A DNA stretch of 64,000 nucleotides from Nitrososphaerota archaeon (GCA_011605725.1 JAAOZP010000012.1:96001-160000); one strand, 5' to 3'; counted from the first letter of the stretch, positions 8,332 to 17,999 are shown. Numbers and translations are program-made. Notes: generated from the letters alone by a model not told the origin.

Positions 8332-9486
8332 CTATTGGAGCTTTGCACCACAATTGAGGCAGAACTTTGAACCCTCAGGCACCGTGGACCCGCATTTCGG
8401 ACAGTTAACACTCTGAGGCTGCAACTGAGCCCCACAGTTCATGCAGAACTTTGCGCCAGCAGGGTTCTGCGTTCCGCATTTCGGACAATTCACCGTGGCC
8501 TGCATGGGTGCACCGCAGCTCATACAGAATTTAGCTGTGCTCGGGTTCTGCGCCCCGCATTTAGGGCACGCTACTGTTCCTGCTGGAGGCGCGGCAGGTG
8601 GCTGCGCCGGCGGCGGAGGTGCTTGGATGGCTGCGCCGCAGGACGGGCAGAACTTGCTTGTAGAGGGTACTTGAGCTTTGCAGCTTGGACATATGACCAT
8701 TGGTGCTGCGGCAGCCTGCTGCATTAGCTGGGGCACCAGAACTATTCCTGTTCCAGCCGCCGCCCCGGGCGACTTGCTTAGGGACTCGGCGACGCTCTTA
8801 GTCGTGTCCATCGCCATGACTTGTGTCGCAGCGCCGCCGGTCTGCTTTATCCAGAACAGCCTATCCCTGTACTCCGGCGTGGTGTCGACGCCCTCAAACT
8901 TTAGGTCTATGACGTCTACGCCGACGCGCTTAAACTCCTCGTCTATCGTTGCCTTAACCTTGAACGAAACCTCCTCAAGCTTTGTGAAGACCGTCACAAG
9001 GTCGTATTTCGAGAGCTGCGTTATCAGCCTCTCGTTCATGAAGCCCCGTAGAAAGCTGTTTACGGATTCGGTGGTGTAGGCGCTCTGCCCTCCCACGACC
9101 TCCATTACGAACGTCTTTGGGTCTCCAACTTTAAACCAGAATGCCCCGTAGAACTTCAGGGGTGCGAGCTCAACCGTCTGCCCGCTGGCTCCGAACAATC
9201 CTTTAAACTGCTTCGTGGAGACGAATATGACTGTGGCTTTGAAAGGCGTGGTTTCGAAGCCAGCCACCCTTGTTAAGACGCCTGTGAGCAGCGGAAGGTT
9301 CATCGTTGTTAAAGTATGTCTGCCAGGCCCGAAGACATCGTAGGCTTTGCCGTCCCTGAAGAATATTGCAGCCTCATACTCGTGGACGATCAGCTGAGCA
9401 CCCCAGGTTATCTCCTCCTTAGGGTATCTCCAGACGATGTCTTCAGCCGAGGCCCCTACCCACTCTATTATCTGAGGCATCTTCAA
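8332..9486 (-). CDS. SPFH (band 7, YdjI-like) domain protein with four tandem zinc-ribbon repeats
   Basis: QLIVHEYEAAIFFRDGK..DVFGPGRHTLTT.NLPLL; C-terminal (CPxC...KFCxxCG)x4. Confidence 0.9.
   Translation of the reverse strand: MKMPQIIEWVGASAEDIVWRYPKEEITWGAQLIVHEYEAAIFFRDGKAYDVFGPGRHTLTTMNLPLLTGVLTRVAGFETTPFKATVIFVSTKQFKGLFGASGQTVELAPLKFYGAFWFKVGDPKTFVMEVVGGQSAYTTESVNSFLRGFMNERLITQLSKYDLVTVFTKLEEVSFKVKATIDEEFKRVGVDVIDLKFEGVDTTPEYRDRLFWIKQTGGAATQVMAMDTTKSVAESLSKSPGAAAGTGIVLVPQLMQQAAAAPMVICPSCKAQVPSTSKFCPSCGAAIQAPPPPAQPPAAPPAGTVACPKCGAQNPSTAKFCMSCGAPMQATVNCPKCGTQNPAGAKFCMNCGAQLQPQSVNCPKCGSTVPEGSKFCLNCGAKLQ
8340..8700 (-). repeat. Intragenic tandem zinc-ribbon repeats (4 units) with a Pro/Ala linker
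   Basis: CPSC..KFCPSCG, CPKC..KFCMSCG, CPKC..KFCMNCG, CPKC..KFCLNCG; boundaries approximate. Confidence 0.8.
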
Positions 9487-10019
9487 ACACCTCCCTTAAT
9501 GGAGACTATCTCCTCCTCCCTGGAGGCTAAGGCTGATTCAAGCTCTCTAGCCTTGGCTTCAAGCTGCTTCAAGAGACCGGGGAGAACATCCAGGCTTCCG
9601 GCGCTTGCAGCATTTTCAGCCTCCTCAGCTGTTCTAGAGACCTCTTCACAAGCTCCTAGAAGCCTATAGTCGTGCTCCATCAGCCTGTCGAGCTCAGCCT
9701 CACGAACTTTAACAAGGTCGAAGAAGCCCGCGTAACCGTAGTCAGCATGCTCAATCTTGTTTATAACCCTGTCTAGGACCGCGGAAACCCTGTTCAGATT
9801 CTTAAACAATTCGACCGCGTTTGAGTCGGCAGCCTCTCTTGAAACTGTTTTCAAACGGAACCTGGCTGCCTCAAGCTTTTTAACCATGAAATCTCTTAGA
9901 AGCTTATCTGCTTCCCTCCTAACCTCCTTCTGCTTGTATCCCCTGTAGCCCGGGATGTAGGAAGCTATCTTCTCAGCCAGCCCTCTTTTCTCCTCATACT
10001 CCTTTATGAATTCGCTCAT
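9483..10019 (-). CDS. All-helical/coiled-coil hypothetical protein coupled to the SPFH gene
   Basis: IPGYRGYK.KE.RREADKLLR and ADYGYAGFFD segments; stop codon overlaps the SPFH start. Confidence 0.75.
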   Translation of the reverse strand: MSEFIKEYEEKRGLAEKIASYIPGYRGYKQKEVRREADKLLRDFMVKKLEAARFRLKTVSREAADSNAVELFKNLNRVSAVLDRVINKIEHADYGYAGFFDLVKVREAELDRLMEHDYRLLGACEEVSRTAEEAENAASAGSLDVLPGLLKQLEAKARELESALASREEEIVSIKGGV

Positions 10020-10084
10020 GAAAAGACATGATTCATAACTAGCTTAAAAACATTACTTATAGAAGAATTTAAAAACACGTTTTC

Positions 10085-11092
10085 TTAAAGGGGGAGTGTA
10101 ACAGGCCTCCCCTGTCTGATTGACCTGTGTATCGCCAGCGCAACCTCTACAGCAGCCCTCGCATCCTCAGCTGAAACCAGTGGCTTCTCCACCCCCTTCA
10201 CGCAGTTTATGAAATGGCTAATCTCGTCCCTGAGATACCCTTTGACCTGCCCTTGAACAACTGGATTATAGTAGGACAGGGTTTCCTGCCCCTTCTCCCC
10301 CCAGAACAGGAAGCTGTCACTAGGCTGGCTTATCCAGATGCTGCCCCTTGTCCCAACGAGTTCAAGCTTGAAGTCGAAAGACATTGTGGAAGGCAGTATC
10401 CAAATGTTTTCAAGAGCCCCTATCGTGCCGCCTTTAAATCTGAAGACGGACCAGACTGCATCCTTCACACCATATGGCTTGAGAACCCTGCTTCCAGCCT
10501 CAGCGTAAACCCGGGTGATATTTCTCCCGATAATCCACCTCATCACATCAATATCGTGTACTCCGAGGAATAAGAGCAGAGAGGTTTCCTTAAGCCAGGC
10601 TTTCAACCGCATGGGGGAGTTTATCGAGTTGTTTCTCCTAGCCCATATTGAGACAGGTTCGCCTAGCAGCCCCCTATCCATGTATTCCTTAGCCTTCGCA
10701 TAATTGTAGTCGAACCTCACTATGTGGCCGACGAGGAAAGTTATCCCTGCTTTTTTAACAGCCTTCACAATAGCGTCCGCATCTCTCAGAGTTGTCGCGA
10801 TGGGCTTCTCCAGAAGCACTGCTTTCCCAGCCTCCGCCGCAGCAATCGTAGGCTCCCGGTGGAGATGATCCGGGACAACGATGCTAACAGCATCAATATC
10901 CGGCCTCGCTAAAAGATCGTTGTAATCCGTATACCATTTCTCCGCCCCATATTCTCTCGCAGCCTCCCTAGCTTTTTCCTCAAGAACGTCCGCGGTTGCA
11001 ACAAGCTTAACCCCCGGGAGCTCCGAGTAGACGCGAGCATGGCACTTCCCCATAACGCCGCAGCCTATTACTCCCACCCTAATCAGACTCAT
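10085..11092 (-). CDS. Gfo/Idh/MocA family oxidoreductase
   Basis: GVIGCGVMG, LEKPIA, GVHDID. Confidence 0.92.
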   Translation of the reverse strand: MSLIRVGVIGCGVMGKCHARVYSELPGVKLVATADVLEEKAREAAREYGAEKWYTDYNDLLARPDIDAVSIVVPDHLHREPTIAAAEAGKAVLLEKPIATTLRDADAIVKAVKKAGITFLVGHIVRFDYNYAKAKEYMDRGLLGEPVSIWARRNNSINSPMRLKAWLKETSLLLFLGVHDIDVMRWIIGRNITRVYAEAGSRVLKPYGVKDAVWSVFRFKGGTIGALENIWILPSTMSFDFKLELVGTRGSIWISQPSDSFLFWGEKGQETLSYYNPVVQGQVKGYLRDEISHFINCVKGVEKPLVSAEDARAAVEVALAIHRSIRQGRPVTLPL

Positions 11093-11103
11093 CTCTCTTC
11101 AAT

Positions 11104-12114
11104 TTAAAGCATCTTAACCGTCTCTAAAGGCTTTACTCTCAAAACCTCAGGATTGAGAAGGCTTGGAGGAGCCTCCCCGCGGAGAATGCTTATAATGTTT
11201 TCAGCAGCTTTCTCAGCAAGCCGTCTCCTGGCTTCGAAAGTTGCGCTCGCTATGTGCGGGGTGAGGACAACGTTATCCATGTTTATCAAAGGATTATCAG
11301 GGTCAATAGGCTCCTTCTCGAAAACGTCGAGCGCTGCTCCAGCTATCCATCCTTCTTTTAAAGCCCTCACCAGAGCCTTCTCATCTATCACAGCCCCTCT
11401 GGAGACGTTTATCAAGTAGGAGGTGGGCTTCATGCTTCTAAGCTCCTGCTCACCAATCATCTTAACGGTTTCAGGAGTTAAAGATGTTGAGAGTACGATG
11501 AAGTCAGACTCTCTGAGAAGATCTTTAAGGGGCCTGTAGGATACGTCTAGCTTAGCTTCAACATCCGGCTTCCTTGTCCTGCTGAAGTATATAACCCTCA
11601 TGCCTAGACACCTGGCTCTGCTCGCCACAGCTTTCCCAATGGCTCCAAGCCCAACAATGCCGAGCGTCCTACCGTTAATATCGGGGCCAAGCATGAACAT
11701 TGGGGACCAGGCTATCCTCCAAGAGCCCTTCCTGAGAAACCTGTCCGCCTCCACAATCCTCCTGGCGACTGAGAAGAGGAGTGCTAGTGCAAACTCTGCA
11801 ACAGCATCCGTTAAAACACTCGGCACATTAGTAACGTAGACTCCTCGCACAGTAGCCTCTTTCAAATCTATATGGTCGTAGCCGGCGCTCATTGTGCTTA
11901 TAACCCTGAGTTTCTCAGCCTTCTCAAGAACCTCCCTATCTATCGTGTCGCTTAGAAGTATGAGCGCAGCATCCTTGTCCTCGAGGCTCTTAACCAGAAC
12001 GCTTTTAGGAGGCGGGTAGTCGGAATCGTGAAGCTCGACGTCGCAGTGTCTCCTGAGAAGCCTTAGAGCAGACTCCTGTATCCTTCTCGAAACATAGACT
12101 CTAGGCCTAACCAT
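11104..12114 (-). CDS. gyaR: Glyoxylate reductase / D-2-hydroxyacid dehydrogenase
   Basis: AGYDHID, GIVGLGAIG, INVSRG, LDVFEKEP, TPHIAS; ATG 12114 follows a TATA box. Confidence 0.85.
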   Translation of the reverse strand: MVRPRVYVSRRIQESALRLLRRHCDVELHDSDYPPPKSVLVKSLEDKDAALILLSDTIDREVLEKAEKLRVISTMSAGYDHIDLKEATVRGVYVTNVPSVLTDAVAEFALALLFSVARRIVEADRFLRKGSWRIAWSPMFMLGPDINGRTLGIVGLGAIGKAVASRARCLGMRVIYFSRTRKPDVEAKLDVSYRPLKDLLRESDFIVLSTSLTPETVKMIGEQELRSMKPTSYLINVSRGAVIDEKALVRALKEGWIAGAALDVFEKEPIDPDNPLINMDNVVLTPHIASATFEARRRLAEKAAENIISILRGEAPPSLLNPEVLRVKPLETVKML

Positions 12115-12164
12115 GCCACGGATTAACCTCGGGGTTTTATAAGTATTGGTGTACAAGCCTGAGC

Positions 12165-13193
12165 TTATGAATGTTTTAAAACCATTATGCTAGGACTAGC
12201 ATCGCCATGTTGAACAGTTCTCTCGTGCTCAAGGCTCAACCCTATTTTTGAAGAGATTTCCCTCACGTAGCTTGGCTTAATGGTTATGAGCACGATCCGG
12301 CCGTTCTCGTTTAGAACCTTCCTCATCTCAGGCAGGCACCTGCTGTAGAAAACATACGGATTGATTCTTGCTATCGGCTTAGTGCCATATGGAGGATCCG
12401 TAACTATCCTATCTACTTTAAACCTTAAAGCTTTAGAAAGCCTTCTGCAATCAACCCTCTGAAACACTATTTTTTCTGAAGCACCCATGGCTTCAGCGTT
12501 AATAGCAGCACCCTCCAGAAAGTATTCTGAAACGTCGAACCCGTAGATCTTAACACCATCCGTCGAGAGGGCAGCCTCAATAGGTATGATTCCGCCCCCG
12601 CACATCGGGTCGAGAAGAGTCATCCCAGGCTTAAGGTTGGCGATCCTAATCATTCCATAAGCAATTGAAGGCCTGAGGGCAGCCGGATGAGTGAAAACCA
12701 AGTATCTGCCAGAAGCATACTCTCTTCTAGAAAGCCCGACGAAACACGTGTCTCCAACAATATCGAGGAAAACGTTAGCCTGAAAATTCTCCAAGTCCAC
12801 TTTTAAACCATACTTGTCCACCAGTGCTTGACCCGCCTTCCTTTGAACATCCATGCTTGTAAACTCGTGTTCCCCACGTCTCTTGCAGGTCACCCTGAAG
12901 GAGGAGGCTTCACGAAACCAGTTGTTGAACTCCATCCCTATGATCCCGCTGTAAACATCATCTAAGCCCCTTAAACCAGTATCCAAGTTGAAAGCCCCAA
13001 CATATTCTATGAACCAGTCTACGCTTCTGAGCGACAACAGCCTCGGAGAATCGGATTCAGGAATATCTATGACGATCCTTCCCGGAACACCCTGAGGATT
13101 CTCTTCGATGATGCTTTTAACACTGATTTTCTCCTCCAGCTCAGCCTCTACAATATCCTCGAGACCGCATGGGAAGACTAGTAGAAATCTCAC
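12165..13193 (-). CDS. trm14: THUMP-domain tRNA (guanine-N2)-methyltransferase, Trm14-like
   Basis: THUMP region (SFRVTCKRRGEHEFTS), HPAALRPSIA, DPMCGGG, TDPPYG. Confidence 0.8.
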   Translation of the reverse strand: MRFLLVFPCGLEDIVEAELEEKISVKSIIEENPQGVPGRIVIDIPESDSPRLLSLRSVDWFIEYVGAFNLDTGLRGLDDVYSGIIGMEFNNWFREASSFRVTCKRRGEHEFTSMDVQRKAGQALVDKYGLKVDLENFQANVFLDIVGDTCFVGLSRREYASGRYLVFTHPAALRPSIAYGMIRIANLKPGMTLLDPMCGGGIIPIEAALSTDGVKIYGFDVSEYFLEGAAINAEAMGASEKIVFQRVDCRRLSKALRFKVDRIVTDPPYGTKPIARINPYVFYSRCLPEMRKVLNENGRIVLITIKPSYVREISSKIGLSLEHERTVQHGDASPSIMVLKHS

Positions 13194-13211
13194 GGCAAAG
13201 CTGTAAGCATG

Positions 13212-15050
13212 CTAGCCTATAAGATTTATCTTCTTCAGAAGCTCCAGGGAGACTTCTCGCGTTAGGCTTTCCGGCCTGGAGAGGCTTCTGAAGGCTTGTG
13301 AAACATAGAGTAGCGTTGAAACGTCTTCATCGTTTAAAACACGTATCTTAACGTTTCCAAGTGACTCCAGGGCTTTCTGGAGCTCCGGGCTGACTGGGCT
13401 TGTAGTCAGCATCACAATCCTGTCGAGCTTCCTGCTTCTCGCGAAATCTATAAGCGGCTCAATACTGCTTCTTTTAAGCCCTTCAGAAGGCTTTGGCGCT
13501 TTAATCATCACTCCAACCTGGACACCTCCGCTTGACGTATCTGTGAAAAGAAGGTCTATCTCCCTCTTCCTGGTTAAGGATACGCTTATCCTCTTCCTGC
13601 CTATGAGGCTCTGTTTACCGAGAGCTGTTTCAATAAGGCTTGAAACAGCTTTTTCCAGCAGGATCGCCCTCTCAGAGGATTTTTCAATATTGTAGAACCT
13701 TGTGATTATCTGACTTTTAACATCGCTGTCAGGTGTAACTGGAGTCACGGCCCTGGCGGCGGGCAGACCCATTTTCATAACGGCCTCCATAGCTATCACG
13801 GTGTCAACGTAGTCTGGCTGAGTAATGCCCCTTTCAAGTCTTTCAGCAAGTATCTCGATGCATGCGAAACACTCCGACAGCAGCCTCCTGATCTCCCCAC
13901 CCGAGTTCGCCCAGAGGAGTTTAACACTATTCATTGGAAACAGGTTTGAATATGCTCCCTCATCCTTACCAAGGTAGAGGGCCTTCACATACCTGTCGAT
14001 TATATCCTTGGCTTCTTCCACACTTATCTTCTCAAGGCTTATCGGGGTTGAGGAGACCCTGCTTACAATGGCCGGAGCCACTCTGAACCTCTGTCCCTTC
14101 AGCTCTTCAAACATAACTGGCGTTAGAAGCAGGAGTATGAATAATCCACCAGGACCATTATCCACAATCCTCTTCAAAGTATGGAAGAAAACGTCAATAT
14201 TATCATGCACAAGCGTCTCAACCTCGTCCACAACGATTACGAAAGGAGCGTTGCTGACAAGCTTCGACAGATTCACCAGCGTCGTCAAGAATTTTAAAGC
14301 ATTCTCGTCTGACTCCTTCAAGTAATCGCTCGAATGCTTAGCACCCCAGCTCCCATAGTATGGACTCGGAAGCCACAGTATCCATTTCGCAAGGTTAGGA
14401 TCGATGAACCTCCTTGTTTTCGAAGGCTCAAATCTCGTTTCAAAAATTTTCCCAAGTTCTTCAAGCTCAAGCCTTACGAGCCCAGTTATTTCAAGCATTC
14501 CTTCCTCGACAAGTTTCCTTACAGCCCTGAAATCGTTTGAAACCATGTTGAAAGCCTCCCTAGCCTTCTCAGCCTTTTTACCCAGCACCGTTGGAATCAG
14601 ACCGACGCTAACAGTTCTCTGAAAAAGCTCGTAACCCATTCTGGAAATCAACACTTGATGGAGCCTCAGGGAAAGCTCCATTAGAAATTCTTCGCTGCCG
14701 AGTGTCTCCACGACTTTTGATGCGAAGAAGATTAAGGACGGTTTGTAAACAGAGTCTTGAATAGTCGGCATGTAGGAGAAAGGCTGACCCGGTTTCTCCT
14801 GGCTCAGAAGATATTGCAGGTGGAGGGCGAGGTGCGTCTTCCCGCTTCCAGCATCCCCTATAAGCATATCGATCTTTGGCTCTTCAAGCTTGAAAGAATA
14901 GTCGATCTCCTCCCTGATTCTTTTCAACGCCCTTATCCTGGACTCGCCGCCAAGTATCCAGATTCTACTTGGAACAGGAGTCAGTGGAAAAGGGTTGGCT
15001 TCAAGCATAAGACGGGAATACTTATTTGACGATTGCATAATGGTAGACAC
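13212..15050 (-). CDS. P-loop ATPase with C-terminal Mrr-like restriction-endonuclease-fold domain
   Basis: LEANPF, GDAGSGKTH, IVVDEVE; C-terminal REIDL...VMIK...MLTTS...IRVLN. Confidence 0.7.
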   Translation of the reverse strand: MSTIMQSSNKYSRLMLEANPFPLTPVPSRIWILGGESRIRALKRIREEIDYSFKLEEPKIDMLIGDAGSGKTHLALHLQYLLSQEKPGQPFSYMPTIQDSVYKPSLIFFASKVVETLGSEEFLMELSLRLHQVLISRMGYELFQRTVSVGLIPTVLGKKAEKAREAFNMVSNDFRAVRKLVEEGMLEITGLVRLELEELGKIFETRFEPSKTRRFIDPNLAKWILWLPSPYYGSWGAKHSSDYLKESDENALKFLTTLVNLSKLVSNAPFVIVVDEVETLVHDNIDVFFHTLKRIVDNGPGGLFILLLLTPVMFEELKGQRFRVAPAIVSRVSSTPISLEKISVEEAKDIIDRYVKALYLGKDEGAYSNLFPMNSVKLLWANSGGEIRRLLSECFACIEILAERLERGITQPDYVDTVIAMEAVMKMGLPAARAVTPVTPDSDVKSQIITRFYNIEKSSERAILLEKAVSSLIETALGKQSLIGRKRISVSLTRKREIDLLFTDTSSGGVQVGVMIKAPKPSEGLKRSSIEPLIDFARSRKLDRIVMLTTSPVSPELQKALESLGNVKIRVLNDEDVSTLLYVSQAFRSLSRPESLTREVSLELLKKINLIG

Positions 15051-15546
15051 CTCTAGCCGTCTTCAAACCACTATTCGATTCGCCACTACCTGCATGAAGT
15101 TGAACGACATACGGATCACTACTGTTCAACTCTATTATCCTCCTGTCGAATTCATCACCACTTATATTTAATTCTTCAGATACTTTAAGCCGGAGATCAG
15201 TTATTCTCACATAAGGTGCTATTGGACTAGACCTTACCAAGTCGTTATACTTCAGCCTTAAGGTTTCGAGGAAACTTTGAGGCGACAGTTGCTCAGCCTC
15301 TTTAAGCCTAGCGTATTTTAAGAAAGGAAGGTTCCAAATGCTCTTCATGCAATAGGCCCTGCCAGCCTCAGAAGTCCTATACTTTTTAACGGTCCTAGTC
15401 CTCCCCTCAACCGGTTCAAGATACCCTTTTTTAACTAGTTCTTTAAACTCTTTTTCAGTAAGCCTGCCAGCCTTCTTAACCATTTTCTCCGTGACCCCTT
15501 TAGGAGTGTCGGCGAATACAAGTGCAAGCAATTGAAACTCGTTCAG
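15022..15546 (-). CDS. Winged-helix-type hypothetical protein, partner of the ATPase (probable CTG start)
   Basis: ELVKKGYL...YRTSEAGR wHTH wing pattern; in-frame CTG at 15546 with AGGTGA 6 nt upstream; 3' end overlaps the ATPase 5' end. Confidence 0.65.
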   Translation of the reverse strand: MNEFQLLALVFADTPKGVTEKMVKKAGRLTEKEFKELVKKGYLEPVEGRTRTVKKYRTSEAGRAYCMKSIWNLPFLKYARLKEAEQLSPQSFLETLRLKYNDLVRSSPIAPYVRITDLRLKVSEELNISGDEFDRRIIELNSSDPYVVQLHAGSGESNSGLKTARGVYHYAIVK

Positions 15547-15696
15547 CCGGTATCACCTTATTAAAATGGGCTAAAGTAGTTTTTAAAGCTTGCCTGTCGG
15601 CCACAGTAAGCCCCATCTCCAGGGTGTTCAGAGGTTTAGATAAAGTTAAATCCTAATAGGCGAGACGTTTCTACACAGGAAGGCAAACGGTTAGAG

Positions 15697-16161
15697 ATGA
15701 GGGTGAAAAGGAAGCGTAAAATGGTTTTTCCCAGAACCATGTTTGAATGCAAAGTGTGCGGGAAATGCTGCGTTGAGGATGTTAAGCGTGGTAGACGGAT
15801 AGTTCTAACCGAGATTGACGCCTTAGAAATATCTAGCGCTACCGGAATAGGTTTGAACGAGTTCGCGGAGAAAAACAGTAGTGAAGCCTATCCGTACGCT
15901 ATTAGGCTTGTCAACGGAAGATGCTTCTTCCTTAATCAGGACAACAAGTGCAGTATTTACCCGGTTAGACCTCTGGTGTGCAGGTTCTACCCTTTCGTAA
16001 TGCATAAGATTGGAGAGACATACGTGTTTCACGCTGACCCTTTCTGTCCAGGACTTGGGGAAGGCACTTATCTTGACGAAGAATATTTCGAAAGGCTTGT
16101 CGAGCTGGCTGAGAAGCGTTTAAAAAAGCCTACTGGGCTGTTCGAGGCGCGCCGCAGTTAG
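15697..16161 (+). CDS. YkgJ-family (CxxCxxCC) cysteine-cluster protein
   Basis: CKVCGKCC, CFFL...CSIYPVRPLVCRFYPF, CPGLG. Confidence 0.88.
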   Translation: MRVKRKRKMVFPRTMFECKVCGKCCVEDVKRGRRIVLTEIDALEISSATGIGLNEFAEKNSSEAYPYAIRLVNGRCFFLNQDNKCSIYPVRPLVCRFYPFVMHKIGETYVFHADPFCPGLGEGTYLDEEYFERLVELAEKRLKKPTGLFEARRS

Positions 16162-16705
16162 GGCACCTGGTCTCACTCTGCGGGAAAACAGTTCCACAAT
16201 ACTTGCATGAAACAGTGGATAGCACGTGCTGAATCTGGAGAGGCGGGGAAACATGTATTTCGATTGTTTTACTTGTCGCATCAGGCCGCCCTTCTACAGC
16301 AGCAACCCCCTTCAGACTCCAGGCTACGACCCTATCTAGGCTCTTGAAAGAAGGCTGGGCTCCTGGAGGTATTAGGATTTTAAACTGGTAGCTTTGGACA
16401 AAACCCTCGGGAACGTGAAGAGGCCCAGCCAACTGTGGTCTAGCTGAAAATATGACTGCAGAATCCCAGACCTGTTGCTCAACCTCCCTTTTAAGAGAAG
16501 CATTGTAAACCCTCCTGGTTCTACGTACCCGCTCAATACATTCAAGCTCGCACCTTATCTCCGTGCAGTCGAACTCTTCCTGAGACTCAACCTGTACTGC
16601 GCCCTCCACAGTGTCGCCAAGATAGAAGACCTGTTTACTCAGAAACAGAGAGATGTTTACCCTGGGCGGTGTAACCTTATCCCTGAGTTTCTTAAACAGG
16701 CTCAC
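16130..16705 (-). CDS. Arrestin-N/Spo0M-like beta-sandwich protein with C-terminal zinc ribbon
   Basis: FYLGDTVEGAV, YQFKILIPPGAQPSF...VAWSLKG; CKYC...CPNC. Confidence 0.7.
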   Translation of the reverse strand: MSLFKKLRDKVTPPRVNISLFLSKQVFYLGDTVEGAVQVESQEEFDCTEIRCELECIERVRRTRRVYNASLKREVEQQVWDSAVIFSARPQLAGPLHVPEGFVQSYQFKILIPPGAQPSFKSLDRVVAWSLKGVAAVEGRPDATSKTIEIHVSPPLQIQHVLSTVSCKYCGTVFPQSETRCPNCGAPRTAQ

Positions 16706-16765
16706 AGCAGGATTTTTTCAACGGGGGGATTTAAGTTTTAAACGGCGCTGAATTAAAACGCGTGC

Positions 16766-17923
16766 TTACAATGGTATTAGCAGAAGGCTTGACAAGATTA
16801 TAACCAGCCCGCCGATTAAAAAAGGCAGATTTATACTAATGGAGCCGGAGTATCCAGCTAAGAGGGGTCCGATAATGTTCCCCAAGGAGCCTACAAAGTT
16901 GACTACATTGAAGTCCCTCGCCCTGGCTTCATCACTACAATGTTTTTGAATCAAGTAGCTTCTAAGCGGGAGCCATACTGAAGCCCCGAGAGGATCATGC
17001 ATAAGCCATAGTGCTGCAGACGTTGTGAAATCACTCGGCGCAGTGGCTAATGCTGTGAAAACCCCCTGTACGCATGTGAAAAGGATCAGGGATGATTTGT
17101 AAGAAAACTTTTTCAAGCCTGTGACAATCCTGCTGCTGAACAACATGGGTATTCCCAGACTAAGCCTGTGAACAGTCATCAGGATTGAAAGCGTCTCTGG
17201 AGATAGTGAGAATTTCTTTGAAAAGAACATTGGTGTGATGAAGCAGTGCGTAGCTGAGCCTCCAATCGTTACAACAAGCCCTGAGGCAGCCAGAATAATA
17301 AGCCCCCTGTTTAAACCCTTGCCTCCAGCCTTTTCCACAAGGGGCTTCTCAACATGCCGTACTCCTGCAGAATCCTGTTCGCTGAAGAATAAAGCGATCA
17401 CTAGGAAGCCTATTACTTGAAGAAGCCCAGAAAAAACGAAGGGAAGCCAGTAACCATAGATGCTTATTAATAGCCCGGAGGATGCGAGGCCCAATGCTTG
17501 AGAGATGAACTCGAGCCCCGATACTTTAGAGTAGGAGGCAATGAATCCCCGACGATCCTGCTCGTAGACCATGGTTGTGAAAACAGCGTTCCTGATCGCA
17601 ACCGCGGAGTCGAAGAGAATCTTGACAACACCCATTATAATCACCGATTTAAAGTAGGGTGTTAGAAGGTGGGAGAGCCCTCCGAGCAGTAGAGCTAACG
17701 CAATGAAAATTTTCCTACCGTACTTATCTGACGCAGCCCCTAGAAGGATGCTGAGGAAGGCGATGAATATTGCTGAGGCTGTGAAAACATACCCGATTTC
17801 CATAAGCGGAATGGAAACATAGTCCATGTAAAGGGGAAACAGGATTTCGTAAAGCCCGAAGGAGAAGCCGAAGAGCCATGTGGATGCGGTCAGCGCAGTC
17901 AGTCCTTTTTTTCTGCCTGACAT
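16766..17923 (-). CDS. MFS transporter
   Basis: About 12 TM helices; motif A GAASDKYGRK. Confidence 0.9.
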   Translation of the reverse strand: MSGRKKGLTALTASTWLFGFSFGLYEILFPLYMDYVSIPLMEIGYVFTASAIFIAFLSILLGAASDKYGRKIFIALALLLGGLSHLLTPYFKSVIIMGVVKILFDSAVAIRNAVFTTMVYEQDRRGFIASYSKVSGLEFISQALGLASSGLLISIYGYWLPFVFSGLLQVIGFLVIALFFSEQDSAGVRHVEKPLVEKAGGKGLNRGLIILAASGLVVTIGGSATHCFITPMFFSKKFSLSPETLSILMTVHRLSLGIPMLFSSRIVTGLKKFSYKSSLILFTCVQGVFTALATAPSDFTTSAALWLMHDPLGASVWLPLRSYLIQKHCSDEARARDFNVVNFVGSLGNIIGPLLAGYSGSISINLPFLIGGLVIILSSLLLIPL

Positions 17924-17999
17924 GTGCTACGGGCCGTTCAGCAAGAGGCTTATAAGCATTGACAACAAAGTTTTTAAAAGGCTTTTAAGCAATAATAAC

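Noticed and set aside
8340-8700. Repeated DNA units as a possible CRISPR or non-coding array
   Set aside because: They are degenerate in-frame zinc-ribbon coding repeats.
17880-17999. Apparent head-to-head overlap of the MFS and PK-C-domain genes
   Set aside because: Artefact of longest-ORF calling; the TATA position supports ATG 18000.
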